Source: the human T2T-CHM13v2.0 reference genome, Homo sapiens
Assembly: GCF_009914755.1 (NCBI RefSeq)
Contig: NC_060925.1
Length of the DNA: 64,000 nt
Reading direction: 5' to 3' (one strand)
Below, one piece after another: positions 46,601 through 60,672 of this stretch. The notes below the pieces were generated by a model. That model made no database searches, had not been told where the DNA came from, and saw only the letters and a list, made by a program, of their open reading frames with translations. The first letter of the stretch is position 1, and every line of letters begins with the position of its first letter. A program made the translations under genes and the position numbers.

Positions 46601-47057
46601 AGAGTTATAAGCAAATGGACGCAGGAGTAACTTTTTAGAAACTGATCTGCTTTATATTTTAAAAAGGAAAACTTCTATAATTAAATAACAACAATGACAA
46701 AACAATCACTTTGGGGTTATATTTAGTCATTTATAACAATAGACTGAAATCTTGAGGGAAAAAACTATATCTTCTGTTCTTTTATTCCTAGCCCTAGAAA
46801 ATTCTATTAAAGCAAACGCTCAGAAAATATATGTAGATTAAATAAATCACTGAAAATAAATCATAAGACAGGTATCCTTAGATATCAGCCAAAAAAAATC
46901 CCAGGAATGTACATATTTTTAGACTATAACTAGAAACTTTTAAAATACCTTTTTTGAAAGATTTTTAAGTTTAAGAGAAGGGAAAAAAATGGGTGTTAGA
47001 ACTCCTTCTCAGTTAATTAAAATTCTTATTTTCTCTGAGCATTTTCGCTAATTGGTA

Positions 47058-48947
47058 GGAGAGGGCAAGATGGCTGACTAGACACAGACAAGTAGAACAG
47101 CTACCACCAAGGGACCGAAACTACTGGAACACTCCTAACAGATCTTCAGAGGGGAAGCACGGAGAGTAGACAGAGGGAAGACACAGAAGCTGAGGTGAAG
47201 GGGGAGGAAGCCGGGAACCCTCCATAGGGCTACCGTGGGCTGGGACTCATTCCTGGCCCCCAACAGCTCTTGGGGAACAGGTGAGTTGAACTGGGGAGGA
47301 ACAACCCACTCTCACCATGGGCCTCTGGAATCCCGGCAGGAGGAGACCCCCTCAACCACCTTGGACACTCAAATTAACAGGGAGAGCTGCTTAGAGAAGT
47401 GGGAGGGGCAGCGGACCAGCTGTCCTGAAGCCCAAAGGGTTTGGAGTAGGAGCATCTGTAATGGAGCGGCTGCCAGAGATGGCCGTCCCCCTAGGCTTGA
47501 CTTGCTCCCAAAGGAGACTTTATCCTTAGGGGAACTATGGGACATGAACTCTGCAGAGCAGTCTTGCCCATTAGGCTGGGTGGTCTGACCTGAGCACCTC
47601 TTGGTCTGCTGACCTCTCCCAAGGCCCCAGCATTGCTGGGCCTGCTTGCAGGGCAGCCTTTGGTGCCCTGAGGGCCCACATCATAGCTCCTGCACTGGTG
47701 GGCCGTGCCTGACCAGCAGAGAGCTCCAGTGGGGTGGTCCTCACCACTGCACACCAGCCCAGCCCACCTTCTCCCTCCCAACACTGCAGCTTCCCCCAGG
47801 TCCAAAGCAACCGTCCACATTGTTTGCAAAACACGGGTGAGCAGGTTTTGCCTTCCTTGCCCCTCCTGCGTGTGTGTGTGTGTGTGTATGTGTGTGTGTG
47901 CACCCTGCCCTGTCACTGCTGCAGCAGTGGAGCAGTCCATCCCCACCATCAACTGCCATTGCAGTGGGAGCTTTGACGTGCAGAGCCAGCCAGCCCTGCC
48001 CCTGACAGCACCCACCCCTTACGCCAATACCACTAGGGGAGTGAAACGAGGCACAGAAAAGAGTGGATCCTCCCACGCCCTAAGAAATCAACCTTGCCTA
48101 CAGTGCACAGAGAGGGCACACAGACCTGCACCCACCAGTGCCCCACCCCTGTGCCACCACCACCACCAGCATGACCTTGCACACAACTGCCAGCAGGGCC
48201 CCTGGCCTCCAGGATTGCCTCCAGGATTGTGGTGAACCCAGGCACAGAGGCAGGCACTCTAGCGCCCTGCTGCAGCCAATGAGCATTCACCTCCCCACTG
48301 CCACTGAGGCTGCTGCTGGCACGTGCAAATGAGGATGGATCCTGCTGTCACTGCATTATGAAACACTTTGCCTGACACCACCCATTGGAGGGTAATGACC
48401 AGCAGTCTGGGAGTACCTCACCCCTGGACCCCCAGCGCAGTGGGTTCCTAATCTCAAGGAGTCAGGGAACAAAGTCAGGGCCCAATAAAAGTCCCCCACA
48501 GTCAGAACACACAGTCCAGGAGTTCAGAGCTGAGTGTTGGCCCCCTAAAATCTTCCAGAAATGAAGCCACTTGGCTGAATCACCTTATACCACAGTCAAA
48601 CCTCAGGGTCATCAAATAGGATAACAGAAGAAAAGAAAAGCCATCCAAAGGTCAGCAATTTCAAAGATTAGAGGAACATCAGCCCACAAAAGTGAGAAAG
48701 AACCGGTGCAAGCACCCTGAAAACTCAGAAACCCAGAAACCCAGAGTGCCTTCTTTCCTGCAAAGGACCCCACCACATTTCTAGCAAGCATTCTGAACCA
48801 GGCTGAGATGGCTGAAATGACATAAATAGAATTCAGAATATGCACAGGAAGGAAGATCATTGAGATGCAGGAGTTCATTGAAACCCAATGCAAAGAAGCT
48901 AAGACTCACAATAAAACAATGCAGGAGCTGACAGACAAAATAGGGAG
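47058..48947 (+). mobile_element. Old L1 (L1PA15/16-like) 5'UTR and ORF1 start
   Basis: ggagagggcaagatggctgactag L1 5' end; ORF1-like start near 48692 (gtgagaaagaaccggtgcaag); (TG)n at ~47870-47900. Confidence 0.75.
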
Positions 48948-49595
48948 TGATATGGCTTGATTCTGTGTCCCCATCCAAATCTCATCTTGTAGCTCCCATA
49001 ATTCCCAAGTGTTGTGGGTGGGACCTAATGGGAGATGACTGAATCATGGGGGACAGATATTTCCCATGCTTTTCTCCTGATAGTGAATGGGTCTCACAAG
49101 ATCTGATGGTTTTAAAAATGGGAGTTTCCCTTCACAAGCTCTCTTCTTTTATCTGCTGCCATGTGAGATGTGCATTTCACCTTCCACTATGATTGTGAGG
49201 TCTCCCCAGCCATGTGTAACTGTGAGTCCAGTAAATCTATTTCTTTTGTAAATTGCCCAGTCTCAGGTATGCCTTTATCAGCAGCATGAAAATGGACTAA
49301 TACAATAAATTGGTACCAGTAGAGTGGGGCGCTGCTGAAAAGATACCCAAAAATGTGGAAGCAACTTTGAAACTGGGTAACAGGCAGAGGTTGAAACAGT
49401 TTGGAGGGCTCAGAAGAAGACAGGAAAATGTGGGAAAGTTTGGAACTCCCTAGAGACTTGTTGAATGGCTTTGCCCAAAATGCTGATAATGATATGGACA
49501 ATGAAATCAAGGCTGAGGTGGTCTCAGATGTAGATGAGGAACTTGTTGGGAACTGGAGCAAAGGTGATTCTTGTTATGCTTTAGAAAAGAGACTG
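48948..49595 (+). mobile_element. THE1B/C 5' LTR (48948-49304) plus truncated THE1-int
   Basis: tgatatggcttg...ggactaataca then aaattggtaccagtagagtggggc; ORF 49401-49601 EGSEEDRKMWESLELPRDLLNGF is THE1-int. Confidence 0.92.
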
Positions 49596-49766
49596 ACTTA
49601 GCCTCCTAGCCTACATCTTTCTCCCATGCTGGATACTTCCTGCCCTCAAGCATCGGACTCCTAGTTCTTCAGTTTTGGGACTCGGACTGGCATTCCCTCT
49701 TCCTCAGCTTACAGACAACCTACTGTGGGACGTTGTGATCATGTGAGTTAATACTACTTAATAAAC

Positions 49767-49807
<41 letters not shown>

Positions 49808-49888
49808 AGTAATAAACTGCCATATATATATCATATATACTTTATTAAGTAGTAATAAACTACCATATATATTATATATTTATTTTAC

Positions 49889-49938
<50 letters not shown>

Positions 49939-49979
49939 TCCTATTAGTTCTGTCTCTCTAGAGAACACTGACTAATACA
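49590..49979 (+). mobile_element. MLT2A (ERVL) LTR, 3' half, with expanded (TA)n
   Basis: cctacatctttctcccatgctggatacttcctgccc...ctattagttctgtctctctagagaacactgactaataca. Confidence 0.88.
49770..49935. repeat. Complex (TA)n repeat with duplicated and inverted flank
   Basis: Three AATAAACT(G/A)CC(AT)n units and an inverted TTTATTAAGTAGTA. Confidence 0.9.
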
Positions 49980-52540
49980 ATTACCAAGAAAAAGAAGTCC
50001 AGGACCAGACAGATTCTCAGCTGAATTCTATCAGACATTCAAAGAAGAATTGATACCAATCCTATTGACACTATTCCACAAGATAGAGAAAGAGGGAATC
50101 CTCCCTAAATCATTCTATAAAGCCAGTATCACCCTAATACATAAACCAGGAAGGGACATAGCAAAAAAAAGAAAACTACAGACTATTATCCTTGATGAAC
50201 ATGGATACAAAAATTCTTAATAACATACCAGCTAACTGAATCCAACAGCATATCAAAAAGATAATCCGCCATGATCAAGTGGATTTCATACCAGGGATGC
50301 AGGAATGGTTTAACATCTGCAAGTCAGTAAACGTGATACACCACATAAATAGAATTAAAAGCAAAAATCACATGATCATCTCAATAGATGCAGAAAAAGC
50401 ATTTGACTAAATCCAGCATCCCTTTATGATTAAAATCCTCAGCAAAATCAGCATAGAAGGGACAAACCTCAATGTAATAAAAGCCACCTATGAAAAACCC
50501 ACATCAACGTAATACTGAATGGGGAAAAGTTGAAAGCATTCCTTTAAAGAACTGGAACAAGACAAGGATGCCCACTCCCACCACCTCTATTCAACGTAAT
50601 ACTGGAAGTCCTAGCCAGAGCAATAAAAAAAGAGAAAGAAATAAAGGGCATCCAAGTGGGTAAAGAGGAAGTCAAATTGTCACTGTTTGCTGATGATATG
50701 ATTGTATAACTAGAAAATCCCAAAGACTCCTCCAGAAAGCTCCTAGATCTGATAAATTAATTCAGCAATGTTTCAGGATACAAAATTAACATACATACTT
50801 AGGAACCAAGGAAGTGAAAGACCTGTACAAGAAAAACTACAAAACACTGCTGAAAGAAATCACAGATGAAACAAACAAATGGAAACACATCCCATGCTCA
50901 TGGATAGGTAGAATCAATATTGTGAAAATGACCATACTGCCAAAAGCAATCTACAAATTCAATGTAATTCCCATAAAATACAATCAGTATTCTTCACAGA
51001 ACTACAAAAAAAATCCTAAAATGTATATGAAACCAAAAAACGAGCCCACATAGCCAAAGAAGACTAATAAAAAAGAACAAATCTGGAGACATCACATTAC
51101 CTAACTTCAAACTATACTATAAGGCCATAGTAACCAAAACAGCATGGTACTGGTATAAAAAAGGCACATAGACTAATGGAAGAAAATAGAGAAACCATAA
51201 ATTAATGCAAATAATTACAGCCAACCGATCTTCAACAAAACAAACAAAAACATAAAGTGGGGAAAGGACACCCTATTCAACAAACGGCACTGGGATAATT
51301 GGCAAGCCACATGTAGAAGAATGAAATTGGATCCTCATCTCTCACCTTATACAAAAATCAACTCAAGATGGATCAAGATCTTAAATCTAAAGCCTGAAAC
51401 CATGAACATTCTAGAAGATAACATTGGAAAAACCCTTCTAGACATTGGCTTAGGCAAAGACTTAACGACCAAGAACCCAAAAGCAAATGCAACAGAAACA
51501 AAGACAAATAGATGGGACTTAATTAAACTAAAGAGCTTCTGCACAGCAAAAGGAGTAGTCATCAGAGTAAACAGTCAACCCACAGAGTGGGAGAAAATTT
51601 TCACAATGTATACATCTGACAAAGGACTAATATCCAGAATCTATCAGGAACTCAAACAAATTAGCAAGAAACAAACAAACAATCCTATCGAAAAGTGGGC
51701 TAAGGACATGAATAAACAATTCTCAAAATAAGATATACAAAAGGCCAACAAACATATGAAAAAATGCTCAACATCATTAATGACCCAGAAATGCAAATCA
51801 AAACCGCAATGTGGTACCACCTTACTCCTGCAAGAATGGCCATAATAAAAAAATCAAAACATAATAGATGTTGGCATGGATGTGGTGAAAAGAGAACACT
51901 TCTACACTGCTGGTGGGAATGTAAACTAGTACAACCACTGTAAAAAAACAATGTGGAGATTCCTTAAAGTAGAACTACCATTTGATCCAGCAATCCCACT
52001 ACTGGGTATCTACCCAGAGAAAAAGAAGTCATTATACTAAAAAGATACTTGCACACACATGTTTATAACAGCACAATTTGCAATTACAAAAATATGGAAC
52101 CAACCCAAATCCTCATCAATCAATGAGTGGATAAAGAAATTGTGGTGTGTGCGTGTATATAGGAATGATTGAATCCTACTCAGCCATAAAAAGGAACATA
52201 TTAATGGCATTCACAGCAACCTGGATGGAACTGGAGACTATTATTCTAGGTGAAGTAACTCAGGAATGGAAAACCAAACACCGTATATTCTCACTTATAA
52301 AAGGGAGCTAAGCTATGAGGATGCAAAGGCATAAGAATGATATGATGTACTTTGGGGACTCAGGGGAAAGGGTGGGAGGAGGGTGAGGGATAAAAGACAA
52401 CAAATTGGGTTTAGTGTTACTGCTCGGGTGATGGGTGCACCAAAATTTCACAAATTGCCACCAAAGAATTTACTCTGTAACCAAATACCACCTGTTTCCC
52501 CAAAACCTGTGGAAATAAAGGAAAATGCAAAAATAAAAAA
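49980..52540 (+). mobile_element. L1PB1-like ORF2 (RT to C-terminus) and 3'UTR, multiply disrupted
   Basis: ORFs 50814 and 51321 are ORF2 peptides; tttgctgatgat (FADD) ~50686; L1PB 3'UTR gagctaagctatgaggatgcaaaggcataag. Confidence 0.88.
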
Positions 52541-52544
52541 GGAT

Positions 52545-52856
52545 GGCCGGGTGCGGTGGCTCACACCTATAATCCCAGCACTTTGGGAGACCGAGGCGGG
52601 TGGATCATGAGGTCAGGAGTTCAAGACCAGCCTGGCCAAGATGGTGAAACCCTGTCTCTACTAAAAACACAAAAATTAGCCTGGCATGGTGGCAGGCGCC
52701 TGTAATCCCAGCTACTTGGGAGGCTGAGGCAGAGAACTGCTTGAACCCAGGAGGCGGAGTTTGCAGTGAGCCAAGATCGCGCCAGCGCACTCCAGCCTGG
52801 GTGACAGAGCAAGACTCCATTTAAAACAAAAACAAAAACAAAAAACCAAAAAAAAC
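52545..52856 (+). mobile_element. AluSg-like SINE
   Basis: Full dimer; ggatcatgaggtcaggagttc diagnostic; (CAAAA)n tail. Confidence 0.93.
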
Positions 52857-52857
52857 A

Positions 52858-55800
52858 CCAAAATTCTTTGGAAATAATGAAAACAAACGTACAATATACC
52901 AGAATCTCTGGGACACATCTAAGGCAGTGTTAAGAGAAAAATTTCTAGCACTAAACTCCCATACCAAAAAGTTAGAAAGATCTCAATTTAACAACCTAAC
53001 CTCACAACTAAAGGAACTGGAAAATGAAGAGTAATCCAACCCAAAGCTAGCAGAAGACAATAAATAACCAAAATCAGAGCTTAATTGAAGGAGATTGAGA
53101 CATAAAAAAACCATTCAAAAGATCAATTAATCCAGGAGTTGGTCTTTTGAAAAAAAATTAATAAAATAGATAGACCACTTGGTAGACTAATAAAGAAGAG
53201 AAGAGAGACGATCCAAGTAAACACGATCAGAAATGACTAAGGGGATATTACCACTGACCCCACAGAACTACAAAAAAAATCAGAGAATATTATGTACATA
53301 AAACAGAAAATCTAGAATAAATGAATAAATTCTTGGACACACACACACTCCCAAGACTGAGCTAGGAAGAAATTGAATCCCTGAAAAGATCAATAACAAG
53401 CTCCTAAATTGAGTTAATAATAAATAGCCTACTAACTGAAAAATCCCAGGACAGACCGATTCACAGCTGAATTATACCAGATATACAGATAAGAGTTCCT
53501 ACTGAAACTATTCCAAAATATCGAGGAGGAGGGACTTCTCCCCAACTGATTCTATGAGGCTAGCATCATCTTGATACCAAAACTTGGCAAAGACACACAC
53601 AAAAGAGAAAACTTCAGGCCCACATCCTTGATGAATATTGATACAAAATCCCTCAGCAAAATACTTGCAAACTGAATCCAGCAGCACATCAAAAAGCTTA
53701 TCCACCATGATCAAGTAGGCTTTATCTCTGGGATGCAAGGTTGGTTCAACATATGCAAATCAATAAATGTTATTCATCACGTAAGCAGAACTAAAGACAA
53801 AAATCACATGATTATCTCAATAGATACAGAAAAGGCTTTGGATAAATTTTAACTACTTTTCATGTTAAAAACTCAGCAAGCTAGATCTAGAAGGAACATA
53901 CCTCAAAATAATAAGAGCCATCTATGACAAACCCACAGCCAACATCATACTGAATGAACAAAAGTAGAAGCATTCCTCTTGAAAACCAGCACGAGACAAG
54001 GATGCCTTCTCTCATCATTCCTATTCAACAAATATTGGAAGTCCTGGTCAGAACAGTAAAAAGAAAGAAATGAAGGGCATCCAAATAGCAAGGGGGGAAG
54101 TCAAACTATCCCTGTTTGCAGACAACATGATCCTATATCTAGAAAACCCAGTCTCAGCTCAAATGCTCCTAAAGCTGATAAACAATTTCAGCAATGTCTT
54201 AGGATACAAAATCAACATACAAAAATCACTAGTATTCCTATACACCACCAGCAGTCAAGCTGAGAGCCAAATCAGAAAGGCAGTCATATTCATAATAGCC
54301 CCCAAAGGAATAATATACCTAGGAACACAGCTAACCAGGGAGGTGAAAGATCTCTACAAGGAGAATTACAAAAACACTGTTCACAGAAATTAGAGATGAC
54401 ACAAACAAATGGAAAAACATTTCATGCTCATGGACAGGAAGAACCTTAAAATGGCCATACTCCTCAAAGCAATTTATAGATTCAATGCTATTCCTATTAA
54501 ACTACCAATGATATTCTTCACAGAACTAGAAAAAGCTATTTTAAAATTCATATGGAAACAAAAGAGAGCTCAAATAGCCAAGGCAGTTCTAAGTAAAAAT
54601 AACAAAGCTGCAGGCGTCATACTACCCAATTCATGCTATGCTACAGGGCTAAAGTAACCAAAACAGCATGGTACTGGTACAAAAACAGACACATAAACCA
54701 ATGGAACAGAATAGAGAGCCCAGAAATACGGCCATACACCTATAACTATACAATCTTCAACAAAACTGACAAAAATAAGCAGTGGGGGAAATGACTCCCT
54801 ATTCAATAAATGGTACTGGAATAACTGGCTAGCCATATGCAGAAGATTGAAAGTGGACCCCTTCCTTACATCGTGTGCAAAAATTAATTCAAGATGGATT
54901 AAATGTAAAACCCCAAACTATAAAAACCTTGGAAGACAACATAGGTAATACCATTCTGGATACAGGAACAGGCAAGGATTTCATGACAAAGATACCAAAA
55001 GCAATGGCAATAAAAGCTAAAATTGACAAATGGTATCTAATTAAACTAAAGAGCTTCGCACAGCAAAAGAAACTATCAACAAATAAACAGACAACCTACA
55101 GAATAGGAGAAAATTTTTGCAAACTATGCATCTGACAAAGGTTTAATATCCAGTGTCTATAAGGAACTTAAACAAATTTACAAGAGAAACAAACAACCGC
55201 ATTAATAAGTGGGCAAAGAACATGAACAGGCAGTATTCAAAAGAAGACATATATGCAGCTAACAAGTATATGAAAAAAAACTCAGCATCACTAATCATCA
55301 GAGAAATGCTAATCAAAACCACAATGAAATACCATGTTGCACCAGTCAGAATGGCTATTACAAAAATGTCAAAATATAACAGATGCTGGCAAGGTTGCAG
55401 AGAAAAAGAAAGACTTATACACTGTTTTGGGGAGTGTAAATTAGTTCAACCATTGTGGAAGACAGTGTGACAATTCCTCAATTATCTAAAAACAAAACTG
55501 CCATTTGTTTGACCCAGCAATACCATTATTGGGTATATACTCAAAGGAATATAAATTGTTCTATCATAAAGACACATGTGAGTATATGCTCATTGTAGCA
55601 CTATTCACAATAGCAAGGACATGGAATCAACCTAAATGCCCATCAATGGTAGACTGGATAAAGAAAATGGGGTACATATGCACCATGGAATACTATGCAA
55701 CCACCAAAAAGAATGAGATCATGTCCTTTGCAAGAACACGGATGGAGTTGGGGGCCGTTATCCTTCGCAAACTAACACAGGAATGGAAAACCAAATACCG

Positions 55801-56045
55801 CTTGTTCTCACTTATAAGTTGGAGCTAAATAATGAGATGACATGGACACATAGAAGGGAACAATACACACTGAGGCCTAGCAGAGGGTGGAGGATGGGAG
55901 GAGGGAGAGGATGAGGACGAATAACTAATAGGTACTAGGCTTAATACCTGGGTGATGAAATAATCTGTACAACAAACCCTCCGACATAAGTTTACCTATA
56001 TAGCAAACCTGCACGTGTATGCCTGAACTTAAAATAAAAGTTCTT
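52858..56045 (+). mobile_element. Old L1 (L1PA15/16-like) ORF2 from the end of EN through the 3'UTR; likely 3' part of the element starting at 47058
   Basis: ORFs 54070 ([14 protein letters not shown]), 54409, 54875, 55153, 55505 are successive ORF2 pieces; 3'UTR taatacctgggtgatgaaataatctgtac. Confidence 0.88.
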
Positions 56046-56099
56046 TAAAGGACTGGTTTTAGCTCATTTTTGTGGGCTGTGTAATTAGAGAGTAAATTC

Positions 56100-56420
56100 C
56101 ATTTATTTGAAGATGCAATTCACTAACAATTTTGATCAAATTTAGAATGAACGTTAACAGTAAATTCAGAATTGAATATGTTGATATTGGGTTAAATTAA
56201 GAAGCTTTTTAATAGTCAAATAATTATAAATAGCTTTTATTGAAAGGTGTGCCCCAGTAATATCTGTTATTTGGGGGTCAATACAGTTAAACTCTCTCAT
56301 AAAAAAAGAAAATTGTGTTGCATTTTGAATTAACTTGTTGACAGTCTGATTGTATAAAACATGCAGTTCACTGTGCTCCATGCGGTTCCAAAATAGACAT
56401 TAAAGAAGATTAAAGGAATA
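56100..56420 (-). mobile_element. Possible hAT transposase relic
   Basis: ORF 56166-56381 has KLIQNATQFS...REFNCIDPQITDITGAHL, loosely like hAT 'I..A..FS...E.F.......TG..L'. Confidence 0.3.
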
Positions 56421-56806
56421 AAAAACAAAGTGCTCAGTGTTCTTAGTGTTCAGTGTCCTTTTAGATACTGAGAACTATTTATGCCACCTATGATATTACT
56501 ATTTGTATTCACATGGCTTCTTTTCTGGATGATCTTGTTTCATACTTCATCACCTTCCTTTTTCACTTGATTGCCAGATAGACCGAGGATCCATGCAGAC
56601 TTGAGAAACAAGTACTCTAGTTGTATGAGCCTGGGCAAAACACACGCACACACACACACACTCACACACAATTTCCCTGTTGCCTCAACTTCCTCATTTG
56701 TAAATTCAATTCAATATTTTGAGTGCCTCTCATATTTCAGCATTTGTGCTTGGGTATTCACAAAGGTGATCTGATTTCATCCTCATTAAGAATTCTGTAG
56801 GTAATT

Positions 56807-57143
<337 letters not shown>

Positions 57144-57554
57144 TCAGGGACTCATAGAGGTGGTTATTTCACCGAGATCAGGTGACTAGTAGGAAGAATC
57201 AGAATGAAAAACCAGATCTATATGATTTCTAAGCCCAGGCCTTTGCCACTAAAACCTGCTGCTACCTTCCAGGAAGAATTGTATTATAAATGGAATCCAT
57301 AAAACTGACCAAATGAACAAAAATGAGTAAAAATAAGGAATACGTTATTAATCCTGAATCCAAAGAAAGATTCCTGCTTCATACATACCATAGACTTTGA
57401 TTGCTATTGTTTATATAAAAAACAGCAGTCACCCAAGCTAAACATTTGGACTCAATATCCTCCATTTGCTGCATCCCCCATATTCAATGTAAATATATGA
57501 CAGTACATCCCATTTTAAGAAAATTAAATTTACAATATTTGTCATACAAAGAAC

Positions 57555-57735
57555 GTATAGACTTGGAAACATCATAAACCTTCCTTCTGGTTCAACTGCT
57601 TCATTTTACAGATGAGTAAACTGAAACTTGAGAAGTTTAAGTCATCCACCCAAGGTCATCCAACAAGATAGCAACCGAGGTGAAACTAGAACAGAGCTCT
57701 CCTGATGGTCTATTAGCACTCCTTTCTTTATATCA
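57555..57735 (-). mobile_element. MIR
   Basis: tcattttacagatgagtaaactgaaacttgagaagtttaagtc...cccaaggtca. Confidence 0.7.
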
Positions 57736-57777
57736 TGCCGTCACCTTTGCAAGGGATGCTATGGTGCTATCAAATGA

Positions 57778-58095
57778 CAAATTCATCAAATATTTACTGA
57801 ATGCCGATTGTGTGTCAGGCACTGTGATGTAATAGTAAGCAAAAGAGTGTAATGGTAAGCAAACAAAATAGAGTCTTTGTACTCTTGAGACTTACAGTTT
57901 AGTAGGAGTTAGAGACATTTATCAAATAATCACACTAATATATAACTGCACACCATAAAAGCACTATAAAAACTACACAGTGCTGCTATGAGAATGTATA
58001 GCTAATCTGCTCTGACAGAGCAGATTAGATCTATGGGAAGTCAGGCTAAGTTTCACCAAAGAAGTGATGTTTGAACTAAAATCAGTGTGAGTGGT
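57778..58095 (-). mobile_element. L2 3' region
   Basis: attcatcaaatatttactgaatgcc...tgtgtcaggcactgtg...gaagtgatgtttgaact. Confidence 0.7.
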
Positions 58096-59929
58096 GGCCC
58101 ATAGAGGAAAGGAAAAGCAGAGTGCCTCCTACCTACCTATGGAGACTTGGTTTCCAAAAACCCAAAGCATATCAAAGTCAAAATTAAGTTCAAACATATA
58201 AACCAATGACTCAGAAATGTGGTCCCCTGAACCAGTGTAATGAACTGACAATCAAAATTAAAACATGTCCCGAGATCAAATGCTCAGCAGTTCATTTTAA
58301 GAAGTAATCCACCGATGCTAGGAGGAATATTCAAAAGCACACCGAAGTCAAATACGTGTGCACTAAAACACTAGGGTTGTTACATGTGGTGGTTTGAAAA
58401 TGGAGATTTGCAAGTAACTATAAAATTGATGAGTGTGCGACATTTGTTGTTGGCAACTTGGAACCATCACCATCAGTCCCTCTTAAGGCTGAAAACTATA
58501 ATGCTCAAAATTCCTATCCCTGTAAATTTCAGGGTTAGAAATTTGCCAGTGAAAGAAACTTGCATGAGATTTGAAAAGCAGACGTGAAGCAGAAACTAAT
58601 ATCTTGGAAGATAATGGCCATCCTACATGACAGGCTTCCAGACTTCACAAGCTACTTTTAAGTTGCAGTAGTTTACAGATTTTCCCACAAGAGGCAGCTT
58701 TCTGTTCCAGTGCTTTCCCTAATATCACAATAAAAAATTTCTCCAATTGCCCAGCTTCAATACTCCAGATATTTCAAACCCTGTAGATCCTAACAATTTC
58801 TGTAAACTCTAATTCCCATATTAAAATACTTATTCTTATAACACTTGTCATGGCTCCATTTTCCCAACCAACCCCAAACTAATGCAACTTTGGGTATTAA
58901 AAGTAGTCTCAGGCACATATAAATTTATGGATAGGGATCTTTTATTGGTTCTCTCACCCCATTAGATAAAAAGATATTAATAACCTTCATTTTCAGCATC
59001 AATGAGCATCATTACAGCAGGCAGTGGCAAAATAGTTACTTAAATTATCACTGTAGTCATCTGGAGTCAAGTACCAATAGAAGTCAAAGACGTAAGTTGC
59101 TGCAATAGAACATGTATATAATGGCTGTGGGATGAAATGATTGCTTCTAAATGTAATAAAGAACTTGGGAGTGGGAAAGAATAATGCACTTAAGACTCTA
59201 AAAAATCCAGCTCAAGGCTACGTAAAAAATCAGAAAACTAAAACTGTCCCAAAAGAAACTCTATCTTCTGTAGCCTCAGAGTTGAAATCCTGTGGGTGGC
59301 TGAACTACGATACAATTTGAATTCACACCCACTCAGGGTCTCTCATGTTAAATTGAGGACATTGATTGGGAAAGAACTGGACCCATAAAATTGGGAAGAG
59401 GATATCTGACCAGATTGTGATTAAGCTAAAAACCTGAAACCTCCATATTTCCCTGCACTTTCCCTGCCAGAAGAAGCAATCTTCCCTTTCTTGTGTAAGA
59501 GGGTGACTCATCTTGCTCACAGGCTAATGACTACTCCAGGGATAGCTTTCTTATAAGTGAGTGCTGATCTTTAAGACTAACCCCCACCAATTCCATTGAT
59601 TCTAGACCTTTAATATGACTCAAATCCCAGTGTACACCAGATGGGCAGGTATTAAGCGCAAAAGTTTGACAGCTTATATCAACAGAAACTTGTAAAATAC
59701 GGATGAGAAGAGTCCTTAAGGGTGTTAGACCAGTGTGGGAGGAATATAATATTGGGTCAGACTGAATTTAATATGGATGCATTAACTAGAGATTATGAAT
59801 TCAGTGTACTATCTCAAGTAGCTAGGAATGATTCTAACAGTTCTTGATTGGTTGACTGAAATCTGGGCTCAATAGTGGCTTATAGTTAATGAAGCTAAGA
59901 TATCAAAACTCTTTTGCTATACTATAGAG

Positions 59930-60147
59930 CAAGGCTTTCAGTTTTGGCACTATTGGCATTTAGAGTTAGATAATTCTTTGTGGGGATTAAAATTGGTCAT
60001 TGGGACTGTGGATTGTAGATGTTTAGCCATATTCCTAGCTATCGGAGGCCAGTTGCACCTCTCCCAAGTTATGATAATAAAAAATGTCCCTAGACATTGT
60101 CAAATGTCCTCTTGGAGAGCAAAGTGTACCCCATTTGAGAACTACTA
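59930..60147 (-). mobile_element. MER20 nested in ERVL
   Basis: ggcactattggcattt...aaaaatgtccctagacattgtcaaatgtcc...ttgagaactact; TSD ctatagag/ttgtagaa. Confidence 0.8.
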
Positions 60148-60672
60148 TTGTAGAAAAGAACATCCAAAGGTTTATGGAGATGTGAATGCTGGAGTAGATT
60201 TATTATGAATGAGCTTCTTACCCACCTGCTAGTTATGTCACCTGGGAGGGTCCAGAGTACACACACTTCATCAAGGCTTTGAGAAATAAATTGGTAAAGG
60301 CAGCATCAACATCCATAAAAAGGCTCCATAGTGGCAGTTCTCTGCAAAGAAATAAGTGATGCTGCCATGGAAATGAGCCCCTTGAATTAAATAGGTGATG
60401 GGATCCCAGAGCAACAAGGTACAAGAAGTGATCAGAATGATTTGGCCTATAGAAATCTTTGGTGAGAACTAATTTATCATGGGGTTCCTAGGACCATAAT
60501 GAACTACCTACTAAAGTCTTATTTGTGTTGTATAAGCAAAATAAACACATAAAACCCAAAAATTGGTCTGGAGACAGAGGTCCAACATGAATCACTACAA
60601 TTGATAGTCATGCTTCCTCAACAAATTCTCAGACTTGAGTCGTATTATAGATCTAGATCCCTTTTTAAAAGA

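Noticed and set aside
47235-48332. Dense cluster of overlapping ORFs up to 176 aa
   Set aside because: GC-rich old L1 5'UTR with a (TG)n repeat; few stop codons are expected and no domain is recognisable
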